From Syntrophaceae bacterium (GTDB lineage Bacteria; Desulfobacterota; Syntrophia; Syntrophales; UBA5619): 64,000 bases of DNA. The notes under the pieces are model-generated. The model did not search any database. It saw only the letters and a list, made by a program, of their open reading frames with translations, and was not told the origin of the DNA. A program made the translations under genes and the position numbers. Positions 26,566 to 35,548 of this stretch are shown in pieces (within the stretch, counting starts at the first letter, position 1; each line of letters starts with the position of its first letter). Location: contig PLLC01000024.1 of NCBI GenBank assembly GCA_003141195.1, forward strand, positions 26,238-90,237, written 5' to 3'.

Positions 26566-27636
26566 ATGCATCTGAAAGACTACGCCGCCGTCATCCACCT
26601 GCACTCCGCCTATTCCTTTGACGGGCGCGCACCGATTACGGCAATTCTCGACGCGGCGAGACAAGGCGGCATCGACGTCCTCATGCTTACGGACCATTCG
26701 ACGCTCCGTGCCCGCGAGGAAGGATTCGAGGGATGGCATGATGGCATTCTCCTGATTGTCGGCGAGGAGATCGCGCCGCGTTTCAACCACTACCTGGGCT
26801 TTGGTCATCGTCAGGCGATCGCATGCGCGGAAGCGGAAAAGGAACCGGATCTCCCCCCGCAAACCTACATCGACCGAGTGCGGGCCGGAGGAGGGGTGGG
26901 TTTCATCGCCCATCCGGACCATAAAGGAACCCCATTGTTTCACGTGAAACATTACCCCTGGACCGATTGGTCCGTCACCGGCTACACGGGCATGGGCATC
27001 TGGGATTTCATGACGGATTGGCAGAACAGCCTTACCGGCCGTATTCGGGCCATCCTGAGCTACGCCTTTCCCGCCCTCTTTCTCCGCGGTCCCTCTCCGG
27101 CCACCCTCGAACGCTGGGACCGTCTCACGCAGGAGCGCCGCGTTGTCGGAATCGGCGAGCTGGACAACCACGACAGCCTGTGGCGTCGCTGGGAAATTCC
27201 CATCCCCGTATTTCCCTTCTCCAGGGTTTTCGGCCTCATCCGGACGCATATTCTCCTCGACGAACCTCTCTCAGGAGACGGTCGGGCGGACATCGCTACG
27301 ATTCTGTCTGCGCTGAGCAGGGGCCGCGTCTACGTTTCCTTCGACCATTTCCGACCGGCTTACGGATTCTCCCTCATCCTGGCCGAAGAAGGCAGAAAGG
27401 TCACGATGGGGGATGAATTCATTCTCCACCGCTCCGCGGAGCTTCGGGCCTTGTTTCCCCACCGGGCGCGGATTCGCCTGATCCGGAGCGGAAAACTTTT
27501 CCGTCAGTACACCGCGAAGGAACTTTGCGTGACCCTGCACGAACCGGGCGTTTACCGTGTCGAAGCCGACCTGATGGCCTTCGGCCGGTATCGCCCCTGG
27601 ATCTTTTCCAATCCGATCTACATAACCCGTCCATGA
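26566..27636 (+). CDS. PHP-domain (CehA/McbA-like) metallo-hydrolase
   Basis: ATG at 26566 with GGAGGG RBS (track start 26512). N-terminal HLHSAYSFDG...DVLMLTDH PHP motifs. Confidence 0.7.
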   Translation: MHLKDYAAVIHLHSAYSFDGRAPITAILDAARQGGIDVLMLTDHSTLRAREEGFEGWHDGILLIVGEEIAPRFNHYLGFGHRQAIACAEAEKEPDLPPQTYIDRVRAGGGVGFIAHPDHKGTPLFHVKHYPWTDWSVTGYTGMGIWDFMTDWQNSLTGRIRAILSYAFPALFLRGPSPATLERWDRLTQERRVVGIGELDNHDSLWRRWEIPIPVFPFSRVFGLIRTHILLDEPLSGDGRADIATILSALSRGRVYVSFDHFRPAYGFSLILAEEGRKVTMGDEFILHRSAELRALFPHRARIRLIRSGKLFRQYTAKELCVTLHEPGVYRVEADLMAFGRYRPWIFSNPIYITRP

Positions 27637-27664
27637 GGACGATGCATCAGGAAGGAGAAATAAC

Positions 27665-29116
27665 ATGGAAGACATTATGAGGGAGGGACCTGTTAATCCC
27701 GTTAAGATCCAGGACAACACATTCCGCGATGGCCATCAGTCCATCTATGCGACCCGGATGCGCACGGAGGACATGCTTCCCATCGCCGAGCAGATGGATG
27801 AGATGGGCTTCTGGGCGATGGAAGTCTGGGGGGGCGCAACCTTTGACACGATGCACCGCTTCCTCGGCGAAGATCCCTGGGAGAGACCGAAAATCCTGAA
27901 GAAGTACATCAGGAGGACCCCGTTCACGATGCTGCTTCGCGGGCAGAACCTGGTCGGCTACCGCAACTATCCAGACGACGTGGTCCGCGCATTCGTGGAC
28001 AAATCCTGCGAGGTCGGCATCGACATCTTCCGCGTCTTCGATGCCCTGAACGATATCCGGAATTTCGAGACCTGCGTGGAGCGGATCAAGGCGAACGGAA
28101 AGCTCTTTGAGGGCGCGATCTGCTACTCCCTGACGCAGCCCCACCTTGGCGGCGACGTCTTCAACATGGAATACTACCTCAAGATGGCCAGAGAATTAGA
28201 AGCGATGGGCGTCGACAGCATCTGCATCAAGGACATGGCCGGGATCGTATCCCCTTACGACATTTATGACCTGGTTACCGAACTGAAGAAGATCACCAAA
28301 ATTCCGCTGCATCTCCATACCCACTACACCAGCGGCATGGCCTCCATGTCCTACCTCAAGGCGATCGAAGCCGGCATCGACATCGTGGACACCTGCCTCG
28401 CCCCCTACGCCCTTCGGACCTCGATGCCTGCCGTCGAGCCACTCGTCGTTTCCCTCCAGGGGACAAAGCGTGACACGGGCCTGGATGTGCGCAAGCTGAT
28501 CCCGTTGGGCGAACATCTCGAGAAGATCGTCCCCAAATACCAGAAACATCTGGCAACGAACAAGCTCTCTCTGATCGACTCGGGTGTTCTGGCCCACCAG
28601 ATCCCCGGCGGGATGATCTCGAACCTGGTCAGCCAGCTCAAGGAGATGAACGCCCTGGATCGTCTGAACGAGGTCCATGCCGAGATCCCGAGTACGAGGA
28701 AGGATGCGGGCACGCCGCCCCTAGTCACCCCGACCTCCCAGATCGTCGGCGTGCAGGCGGTGATGAATGTGGTCGCCGGCCGGTACAAGATGGTGACCAA
28801 CCAATTCAAGGACCTGATCTATGGGCTCTATGGGAAGACCCCGACCCCCATCGATCCCGAGGTGCAGAAGCTCGTTCTGAAACACTACAAACGCGGCCAG
28901 ACTCCGGTCACCGGCCGGCCCGCCGATTACCTCGAACCGGAACTGGCGGAAGACAAGAAGAAGATCGGCGATCTCGCCAAGAACGATGAGGACCTGCTCA
29001 TTTACGCCCTCTACCCGGCGACCGGCGAACAGTTCTTGAAGTGGAAGTACGGCATCGAACCCATGCCGGAAAACATGAAACCGCCCCAAGCCCCGGAAGA
29101 GACCAAAGGAAAGTAG
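27665..29116 (+). CDS. oxaloacetate decarboxylase alpha / transcarboxylase 5S-type carboxyltransferase subunit, no biotinyl domain
   Basis: 483 aa with AAGGAG RBS. VKIQDNTFRDGHQS, EVWGGATFD, HLHTHYTSGMA motifs of the pyruvate carboxyltransferase domain. The protein ends without a C-terminal biotin-attachment (AMKM) domain. Confidence 0.8.
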   Translation: MEDIMREGPVNPVKIQDNTFRDGHQSIYATRMRTEDMLPIAEQMDEMGFWAMEVWGGATFDTMHRFLGEDPWERPKILKKYIRRTPFTMLLRGQNLVGYRNYPDDVVRAFVDKSCEVGIDIFRVFDALNDIRNFETCVERIKANGKLFEGAICYSLTQPHLGGDVFNMEYYLKMARELEAMGVDSICIKDMAGIVSPYDIYDLVTELKKITKIPLHLHTHYTSGMASMSYLKAIEAGIDIVDTCLAPYALRTSMPAVEPLVVSLQGTKRDTGLDVRKLIPLGEHLEKIVPKYQKHLATNKLSLIDSGVLAHQIPGGMISNLVSQLKEMNALDRLNEVHAEIPSTRKDAGTPPLVTPTSQIVGVQAVMNVVAGRYKMVTNQFKDLIYGLYGKTPTPIDPEVQKLVLKHYKRGQTPVTGRPADYLEPELAEDKKKIGDLAKNDEDLLIYALYPATGEQFLKWKYGIEPMPENMKPPQAPEETKGK

Positions 29117-29363
29117 GTTTCAAGTTCTGAATCATTAGCAAACCCCTCACATCCTCCAATCGACTGGGGAGCGCTTTCGGGCGCGCCTCAGCCGTTGGAC
29201 GACCTTCCAGATCCGGTATGTTCTCTGGAGATTTTGACCTTTCACGAGGGCGGCAAAGGTGATATAGGTTTCCCGCATGGGGGAAAGCGCGCCAGGCCCG
29301 GGAAACCAGGGACCTCACCGTAAGTAAGATCCGGGGTCCGCTGATCAAATCCGAAACCAATCC

Positions 29364-30059
29364 GTGGCCGTCATGATCAAAGATCTGTCCAGATTCGCCA
29401 TCCGCTACGGTCTGATCCCGATCGCCTACGGGATCCTCCGCCTCTATCTTCTTACGGTCCGGCTCCGTTCCGAACATGAAGAGGAACTATTTGACCATCT
29501 CCGTCAGGGCGGGAAGGGGATCGTCGCCGTCTGGCACCAGCGGATACTCCTCGTCGTCCGTTATGCCCGGCGTTTCGGCGAATTCACCCCGGTAGCGATG
29601 ATCAGCCAGAGCAGGGACGGTGACCTGATTGCGGATGTCTGCCGGCGGCTGAACTTCCGCCCCGTCCGCGGCTCCAGCTCCCGCGGCGGCCACGAGGCGC
29701 TTGCCGCGATGGTCACAGAGCTTTCGGTCCATCCCGTTGCCGTTCATGCCTTGGACGGCCCGCGCGGCCCGCGCGGCCTCATCAAGGCCGGCATCATCCG
29801 GATGGCCCAGCTCTCCGGCGCCCCGATTATCCCGGTCTATATCTCCGTGAACCGCGCCTGGACCCTCCGAAGCTGGGACCGATTCCTGATCCCGAAACCC
29901 TTCAGCACGGTCTGGGTTCGCTGGGACAAGCCGATCCCCGTTCCGGCGGAGCTGGATGATGCCGCCTTCGAGACTCTCCGTCTCAATATCGAAAAAAAGA
30001 CGCGGGACAACCAGGATGGGGACGACCGGAAGCACGGCTGGGGCGAAACCCTATTTTAG
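29364..30059 (+). CDS. DUF374 / lysophospholipid acyltransferase-like protein
   Basis: 231 aa (GTG 29364 or ATG 29373). VAVWHQRILL...ISQSRDGDLIA...RGSSSRGG pattern of the DUF374 family. Confidence 0.65.
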   Translation: MAVMIKDLSRFAIRYGLIPIAYGILRLYLLTVRLRSEHEEELFDHLRQGGKGIVAVWHQRILLVVRYARRFGEFTPVAMISQSRDGDLIADVCRRLNFRPVRGSSSRGGHEALAAMVTELSVHPVAVHALDGPRGPRGLIKAGIIRMAQLSGAPIIPVYISVNRAWTLRSWDRFLIPKPFSTVWVRWDKPIPVPAELDDAAFETLRLNIEKKTRDNQDGDDRKHGWGETLF

Positions 30060-30848
30060 CCCCAGCAGTAGTATCCCGCCATCGATAACAATTTCCGCTC
30101 CCGTGGTATAATTGGATGCTTCGGAAGCAAGGTAGAGGGCGGCGCCCACGATCTCATCGGGCTGGCCGATGCGGCCCGTGGGCAGCATCTTTTCCACCGC
30201 CGCTTTCGCCTTTTCGGCCTCTTCCGGCGTGAGGTGCGCCCAGTGGGAATTCATCATCTTGGTGCTGATGGGTCCCGGAGCGATGGTGTTGACCTGGATA
30301 TTCAAGGGGGCCAACTCACTGGCAAATGCCCTCGTAATCATCCGTACGCCGGCCTTGGAGACGGAATATACGCTCACACCGGGCTCAGGATTGAACCCGT
30401 CGACGGAGGCAATATTGATGATTTTCCCGCCACCCTGCTTTTTCATAATCCTGGCCACGGCCTGGCTGACGAAATAAACCCCTTTCAAGTTCAGGTTCAT
30501 AATCGTATCCCAGAGGCGCTCGTCGGATTCGAGAACGGAGCCGATGGCCGGACTGGCGCCGGCGTTGTTGACAAGGATATCGATCCGGCCGAACCGAGCC
30601 ATCACGGTGTTGACCATTTTTTGGATCTCATCCATCTTGCCCAAGTGGGCCGGGAGGGAAAACGCCTCGCCGCCGAAGGCTCTGATTTCGGCCGCCGTCG
30701 CTTCCAGATCCTGGGCCTTGCGGCTGGTGACGACCACTTTGGCCCCGCTTTTGGCGAAACCAAACGCTATCGCCTGGCCGATGCCGCGGCCGCCGCCGGT
30801 AACGACCGCTACTTTTCCTTTGAGTGAAAATTTGGATAGATCGAACAT
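30051..30848 (-). CDS. SDR-family oxidoreductase
   Basis: 265 aa with TAGGAGAA RBS. TGGGRGIG cofactor motif, NNAG, and the catalytic YSVSK (Y...K) motif. Confidence 0.9.
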   Translation of the reverse strand: MFDLSKFSLKGKVAVVTGGGRGIGQAIAFGFAKSGAKVVVTSRKAQDLEATAAEIRAFGGEAFSLPAHLGKMDEIQKMVNTVMARFGRIDILVNNAGASPAIGSVLESDERLWDTIMNLNLKGVYFVSQAVARIMKKQGGGKIINIASVDGFNPEPGVSVYSVSKAGVRMITRAFASELAPLNIQVNTIAPGPISTKMMNSHWAHLTPEEAEKAKAAVEKMLPTGRIGQPDEIVGAALYLASEASNYTTGAEIVIDGGILLLGLK

Positions 30849-30885
30849 CGTTTCATTCTCCTATAATATGCACTATTTACGTTTT

Positions 30886-30909
30886 CCCCTCCCCATTGAA
30901 GGGGAGGGG
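30886..30909. other. perfect 9-bp GC hairpin CCCCTCCCC-attgaa-GGGGAGGGG in intercistronic spacer
   Basis: Arms at 30886-30894 and 30901-30909, between the AbfD-like gene (ends 30953) and the SDR gene (starts 30848). T-run on the upstream side in plus orientation, so not a canonical minus-strand terminator. Confidence 0.7.
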
Positions 30910-30952
30910 TCGGTTCAGGATTATTCACCTTTGGGACCGTTTTTGTGCCCGG

Positions 30953-32467
30953 CTAACTTTCGTTTGCCTTTTTCGTCGTCTTCTTGCTGAAGACGTCGCG
31001 ATCTCCGCCGCTCATGCCGGCGATATATTTCACCAGCGTTTTCCGTGATTCGATATCGTACTGGGTCGTAATGGCGATCTGCTCCATAATCGGTGAGCCG
31101 CCGCCATGGTAGTTGCCCACGTTCATGATGCCGCCTGTCGCCGAGCAGAGAAAGTCGCCCAAATATCTCCAAAACTGGGCCTGATCCTCGGCCGACATGT
31201 TCGGATTCCGCTTGGTATACTTGAGGAGCATATCCCCGGTTTCCGGATTCTTGAAATCATTCTCGTGGGGGAACGTGGCCACAACGCCGCCCGCAATGTC
31301 GCAAAGGATCTCCGCCTCGCGCCAGACCGCTTCGCCCGACAGGCAACGACCGACGTTGCAGTAAATCGAATTTGGAATGTAAGAGCCGGGACCGTAAGGC
31401 ACGAAACCGATACCCGGTATGTAGACCTCGGGTTTTCCCAGATCGGATGCGGTATATCCCGCGGCGTAACCCAATTCGGCAGTCATGATGAGCTCCGCCA
31501 GCTTTTCCCGGACATGGGATTGCTTATGAATGTTGTTCACCTCGGCGGCAAGGGCGGCCATCCCCATGATCACATCGCCGATCGCAGGCTTGCAGCCTGA
31601 ATAGGAATGGCGGTGGAACAGGGCGAACAGGAGGGCCAATACGCCGCCGTGCTGATGTTCTCCGGCCAGGAAGACCCTTTCCCAGGGCACAAAGCAATTT
31701 TCAAAGATCATATAGGAATCGGTTGCACCCGGCACAAACCCGCGCTTGTAATGATCTCTCGGCCTCAAATTGTGGATGGTAACGACCTGTTTCAATCCTT
31801 CCCAGTCTCCCGGAACGGCGAAACCCACCGCGTAATCTTTGTCCTCGGCACGCAATGCGCGGGTGGGCAGCACCAGAACTTCATCGGCCACGGAGGCTTC
31901 CGAGATATGCACCTTGCAGCCTTCAACCACGATGCCGTCCTTCAGCCGCTCCTTGATCCGCACATACGCGCCGGGATTCGGCTGATCGGCAGGCCGGAGC
32001 ATCCGGTCGCCCTTTACGTCTGTCTGGGCGCAGCAGCCGATCAGGTCCTCCATCTGGAAGCGGGTGAGCCACTTCTTGAAGTTCTCATGGTACTGGGTGG
32101 CGCCGTTGTTCACCTTGTCCGCCTCATAGGAGACGTTGTACATCGCATTGGTGCCGTCAATCCCCATGCAGCGCTGGATGCAGCCGCCGACCTTCTGGCA
32201 GAGCATCCGGGTCATGTCCTGTTTCTTATGCAGGTCGTCCTTGTTCTGATGGATGTGTGTAAAACGGTTGATTCTCTCCCCTGTGAGGTGAGAAATCGCC
32301 GTGCAGAGCTCCTGATTCTCCAGTTTGGCCGCTTCATCATACGTCGTGCCGATGGTATTGAGGCAATCCATCTGCAGTTCATCCGTCCTGTCGATCAACT
32401 GGCCGTCGTAGTAAATGTTCCGTTTCATCTTGGCCAGCCCCTGAATGTAATCTTGCTTGGTTCTCAT
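30953..32467 (-). CDS. 4-hydroxybutyryl-CoA dehydratase/vinylacetyl-CoA isomerase (AbfD) family protein
   Basis: 504 aa with AAAGGAG RBS. Family-typical [4Fe-4S] ligand regions GGCIQRCMG and HRHSYSGCKP. 4-hydroxyphenylacetate hydroxylase-like fold signature throughout. Confidence 0.75.
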   Translation of the reverse strand: MRTKQDYIQGLAKMKRNIYYDGQLIDRTDELQMDCLNTIGTTYDEAAKLENQELCTAISHLTGERINRFTHIHQNKDDLHKKQDMTRMLCQKVGGCIQRCMGIDGTNAMYNVSYEADKVNNGATQYHENFKKWLTRFQMEDLIGCCAQTDVKGDRMLRPADQPNPGAYVRIKERLKDGIVVEGCKVHISEASVADEVLVLPTRALRAEDKDYAVGFAVPGDWEGLKQVVTIHNLRPRDHYKRGFVPGATDSYMIFENCFVPWERVFLAGEHQHGGVLALLFALFHRHSYSGCKPAIGDVIMGMAALAAEVNNIHKQSHVREKLAELIMTAELGYAAGYTASDLGKPEVYIPGIGFVPYGPGSYIPNSIYCNVGRCLSGEAVWREAEILCDIAGGVVATFPHENDFKNPETGDMLLKYTKRNPNMSAEDQAQFWRYLGDFLCSATGGIMNVGNYHGGGSPIMEQIAITTQYDIESRKTLVKYIAGMSGGDRDVFSKKTTKKANES

Positions 32468-32643
32468 CGTAATGCTCCTTTCTCAATGGCGTTGACTTAG
32501 ATGATTAACCGACCTACCTCATGCCAGGTCAATACCTGTTTCGATATCGTCTCAATCACCCACGGTTCATCCGGACAATCCCTCTGGATCTCCAATATGC
32601 CCCTCCCTAAACCCCCTGTTTGAGAACAGGGCAGGAGTCCCCC

Positions 32644-32877
32644 CTATTTCCGGTAGCCCCCGAGATTGGCCAAGGCGACGCTCTCCGGGCTGATCACGGA
32701 GAGATCGACCGCCACGTTGATGCAGGCGGTCCTTCCCAACGCGAAGGCCGCCTCCAGTGCCGGTCGGATCTCCTCCGGCCGCTCGACGGCCAGGCGTCTC
32801 GCAATCGCGTAACCGATACCGGTCTTCTTCCCCGCCCCGGTGACGAGCGCCGTCTTTCCCTTCAGATCCTCATACAT
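32644..32877 (-). pseudogene. chimeric 77-codon ORF: SDR N-terminus fused to the C-terminal tail of a thiamine-diphosphate enzyme (deletion scar)
   Basis: Residues 1-30 (MYEDLKGKTALVTGAGKKTGIGYAIARRLA) are an SDR Rossmann start. Residues ~33-77 (PEEIRPALEAAFALGRTACINVAVDLSVISPES...) look like the extreme C-terminus of acetolactate synthase/oxalyl-CoA decarboxylase-type enzymes. Confidence 0.45.
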
Positions 32878-32880
32878 GTT

Positions 32881-33645
32881 TCACCTCGTAAATACGGCCG
32901 CGCCGATCGCCCCGGTCACCTGGGCGTAGGGCGAGATGACGACCGGCATCCCGATCACCTTTTCCAGCGCCTGGACGACGCCTGCATTCCGGGCGACCCC
33001 TCCCGTCATCATCAGAGGCGCCGCAAGGCCGATCCGGTTCGCCATCGCCGAGACCCGGGAGGCGATCGCCTCATGGATCCCCGCGATGATGTTCTCACGC
33101 GTCTCTCCCCTCGCGATCAGCGAGATCACCTCCGACTCGGCGAAGACCGTGCAGAGGCTGCTGATCTTCGCCGGACGCTCCGCCCGGAGGGAGAGGGCTC
33201 CGAATTCGTCGAGATCCGCCTCCAGGGCGCGCGCCATCACCTCGAGGAAGCGTCCCGTCCCCGCCGCGCACTTGTCATTCATCGTGAAGTTCGTGACACG
33301 GCCGTTTTCGTCCATGACGACGGCCTTGCTGTCCTGCCCGCCGATGTCGATCAGCGACCGGACGGAAGGGTCGAGGAAGCGCGCTCCGGCGGCGTGACAC
33401 ATGATTTCGGTCACGGCCTTGTTGGCTATGGAGACACTCCTGCGGCCATAACCCGTAGCGACGATCCGGACGATGTCCGGAGGAACGAGGCCCAACTCCG
33501 CAAGGAGTTCCTCAAAGACGCGGCGTCCTGCCGCCTCGGCGTTGTAGCCGGTGAAGATCACCCTCGTTCCCAGAAGTTCGCCGTCCCGCAGGATGGCGGC
33601 CTTGGCGGTGATGGAGCCGATGTCGATCCCGGCCGTCAGGCTCAT
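32881..33645 (-). CDS. BcrAD/BadFG/HgdC-type ATPase (activase of CoA-substrate-specific radical dehydratases/reductases)
   Basis: True start MSLTAGIDIGS at ATG 33645 (track ORF extends to 33870), overlapping the upstream SDR stop as ATGA. Motifs IDIGGQDSK, NDKCAAGTGRFLE and SSLCTVFAESE (the two cluster-bridging Cys). Confidence 0.8.
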   Translation of the reverse strand: MSLTAGIDIGSITAKAAILRDGELLGTRVIFTGYNAEAAGRRVFEELLAELGLVPPDIVRIVATGYGRRSVSIANKAVTEIMCHAAGARFLDPSVRSLIDIGGQDSKAVVMDENGRVTNFTMNDKCAAGTGRFLEVMARALEADLDEFGALSLRAERPAKISSLCTVFAESEVISLIARGETRENIIAGIHEAIASRVSAMANRIGLAAPLMMTGGVARNAGVVQALEKVIGMPVVISPYAQVTGAIGAAVFTR

Positions 33646-34406
33646 ATCGCGGAGGCCCCCCCGTCCACCGTGATCGTCTGCCCGGTAATGTAATCCGTGT
33701 GCCGGGAAGCGAGGAGCAGGACAATGGGAACGAGATCCGCGGTCTCGGCGATGCGGCCCGCCGGGATCGCCTTGACGATCTGGTCGTGGATGGCCGGCGT
33801 CGACCAGAAGGGTTTGCTGAAATCGGTCCGCACCATCCCCGGGGCGACGGCGTTTACCTGGATATTGCAAGCGGCAAGTTCCGAGGCGAGGACCTTCGTA
33901 AGCATCTCGACGCCGGCCTTGGCGATCCCGTAGATCCCCATCGCAGGCGCCGCCCTGGTACCGGCAATCGACGAAATGTTGACGATCTTCCCCCGCTTCT
34001 TCTCCCGCATGATCCGGGCCGCCTTCCGCGCGCAGAGGAAGGTCCCGGTGAGGTTCCCCTCCATGATCTTGTTCCAGACGGGGAGATCCGTGTCCGTGAC
34101 GGAGGCCGTCAGGAGGTTCATCCCGACGTTGTTGACGAGGATGTCGAGACCGCCGAATTGACGGACAGCCTTGTCGAAGAGATTCTCCACGTCGCCTTCT
34201 TTGGCGATATGGGCGGCAACGGCGAGGAGCATCTCACCGCCGTTCAGCTTCTTCACGGCGGCCTTGAGGTTCTCCTCCTTCCGACCGCAGATGACGACCC
34301 GGGCGCCTTGCGCGAGGAAGTTTCGGGCCAGCTCCAGGCCGATTCCCCGGCTTCCCCCCGTCACGACGACCACCTTTTCCTCCAGACCATACGACATGCC
34401 GCTCAT
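33642..34406 (-). CDS. SDR-family oxidoreductase
   Basis: 254 aa with GGGAGGGAAG RBS. VTGGSRGIG, NNVG, and the catalytic YGIAK (Y...K) motif. Confidence 0.9.
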   Translation of the reverse strand: MSGMSYGLEEKVVVVTGGSRGIGLELARNFLAQGARVVICGRKEENLKAAVKKLNGGEMLLAVAAHIAKEGDVENLFDKAVRQFGGLDILVNNVGMNLLTASVTDTDLPVWNKIMEGNLTGTFLCARKAARIMREKKRGKIVNISSIAGTRAAPAMGIYGIAKAGVEMLTKVLASELAACNIQVNAVAPGMVRTDFSKPFWSTPAIHDQIVKAIPAGRIAETADLVPIVLLLASRHTDYITGQTITVDGGASAI

Positions 34407-34554
34407 CGCTTCCCTCCCGTTACGAATCCTAATGGAACACTTTAGCTATTCTAATTGCGAGAACATGATGTTAAATACCGACCCGGAACCGCCGGGAAAC
34501 CGTCACGACGGAAAAATATGCAAGAGATGACCTGCTGAGATTTTCTGATGATGC

Positions 34555-34583
34555 ACTATAGGTCAAATGGCTGCCGGTGTCAA
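34555..34583 (-). promoter_or_regulatory. sigma70-like promoter TTGACA-N17-TATAGT on the minus strand, upstream of the SDR-activase-AbfD-SDR cluster
   Basis: Minus strand reads TTGACA (34583-34578), 17-nt spacer, TATAGT (34560-34555). About 140-nt leader to the SDR ATG at 34406. Confidence 0.5.
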
Positions 34584-34653
34584 TGTTGATGAAAACGACA
34601 CCCCCCCTTTACAGGGATATCGATTCTATGCGACAATCGTTTGTCTGATCCCA

Positions 34654-35436
34654 TCACCGGCCCTGCGGATGGATCGGCGTGGGCTGGGCCCAGCGCTCTT
34701 TGTCCCCTTCGTAGAACCACTTGTCCGGAAAACCTCGGTGGCGGATGAAGATGGGATTCTCCGCCCAGCGGATCAGGTCCTCGTAAGCCTGGTGGATCTT
34801 CCGGAACATCACCGCGTCGCCCCCGAGATCGGGGTGGTGGATCTTGGCTTGGCGCCGGTAGGCGTCCCGGATGATCTTCCGGAGCTCGGGGGAATCGAGG
34901 TTCGACTTCTCCAGATTCAGATAGATGAGAGACGCCGGCCTGACGTCCGGCGTGTGCAGGATTTTCGGCTTGACGGCCTGCGGCGGTACGCGGTTTCGGG
35001 CGGCCTGATTGAGGACGTGGAGTGTGGCGAAATACCGTTTCTTCGTCCGCCGTTGCTCCGCCCACCAGGTCTCGCCCAGGATGTCCGCCATCCGGCCAAA
35101 ATCCTCGCCGGGATTTTTCCCCGGCGTTCGGGGGTAGAAAAAGCTGCAGATCTCCTTGTAACCATAAGGCAGGACGTCCATGATGATCAGAAGGTCCGAA
35201 AAGTAAAACGTGGCGTACCGCGCGTTGAGCGCCTGGAGGAGACCGCAGCGCATGTCGAGCCGCAGTCGGAGCTTCTGCCGGCAGTCGATGGAACAGTAGC
35301 GCCGCCGGCCGAGATGCTCCGTCGTCCCGCAGGATAGGCACCGCTTCAGTTCTTTTCCGTCCGTGATGGGGACGGGAAATACATCCATGGTTTTCTTCAT
35401 CCGACCATCCGCCGCGGCGGTCCTTTCTGCGCTCAC
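34654..35436 (-). CDS. J-domain (DnaJ-like) protein with N-terminal zinc-ribbon-like Cys motif
   Basis: HPD motif in KIIRDAYRRQAKIHHPDLGGDAVMFRKIHQAYEDL. N-terminal CLSCG...CSIDC. Start GTG 35436 or ATG 35400. Confidence 0.65.
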   Translation of the reverse strand: MSAERTAAADGRMKKTMDVFPVPITDGKELKRCLSCGTTEHLGRRRYCSIDCRQKLRLRLDMRCGLLQALNARYATFYFSDLLIIMDVLPYGYKEICSFFYPRTPGKNPGEDFGRMADILGETWWAEQRRTKKRYFATLHVLNQAARNRVPPQAVKPKILHTPDVRPASLIYLNLEKSNLDSPELRKIIRDAYRRQAKIHHPDLGGDAVMFRKIHQAYEDLIRWAENPIFIRHRGFPDKWFYEGDKERWAQPTPIHPQGR

Positions 35437-35548
35437 CGGCGAAAAAATTGCGGGATCATCCTATCACAAGAGGAAAAAGAAAGAAAAGCGGGATTCATCG
35501 GCGGCAACGGGTTGGCGAACCGCTGAATCTCAGGAAAGCCGAGGGAAC

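Noticed and set aside
32495-32532. Sigma54-like TGGCAT element and TTGACC box upstream of the AbfD-like gene (minus strand)
   Set aside because: No TTGC -12 element sits at the required spacing. The sigma70 reading has an 18-nt spacer and a poor -10 (TTAATC). It is too weak to report as a feature.
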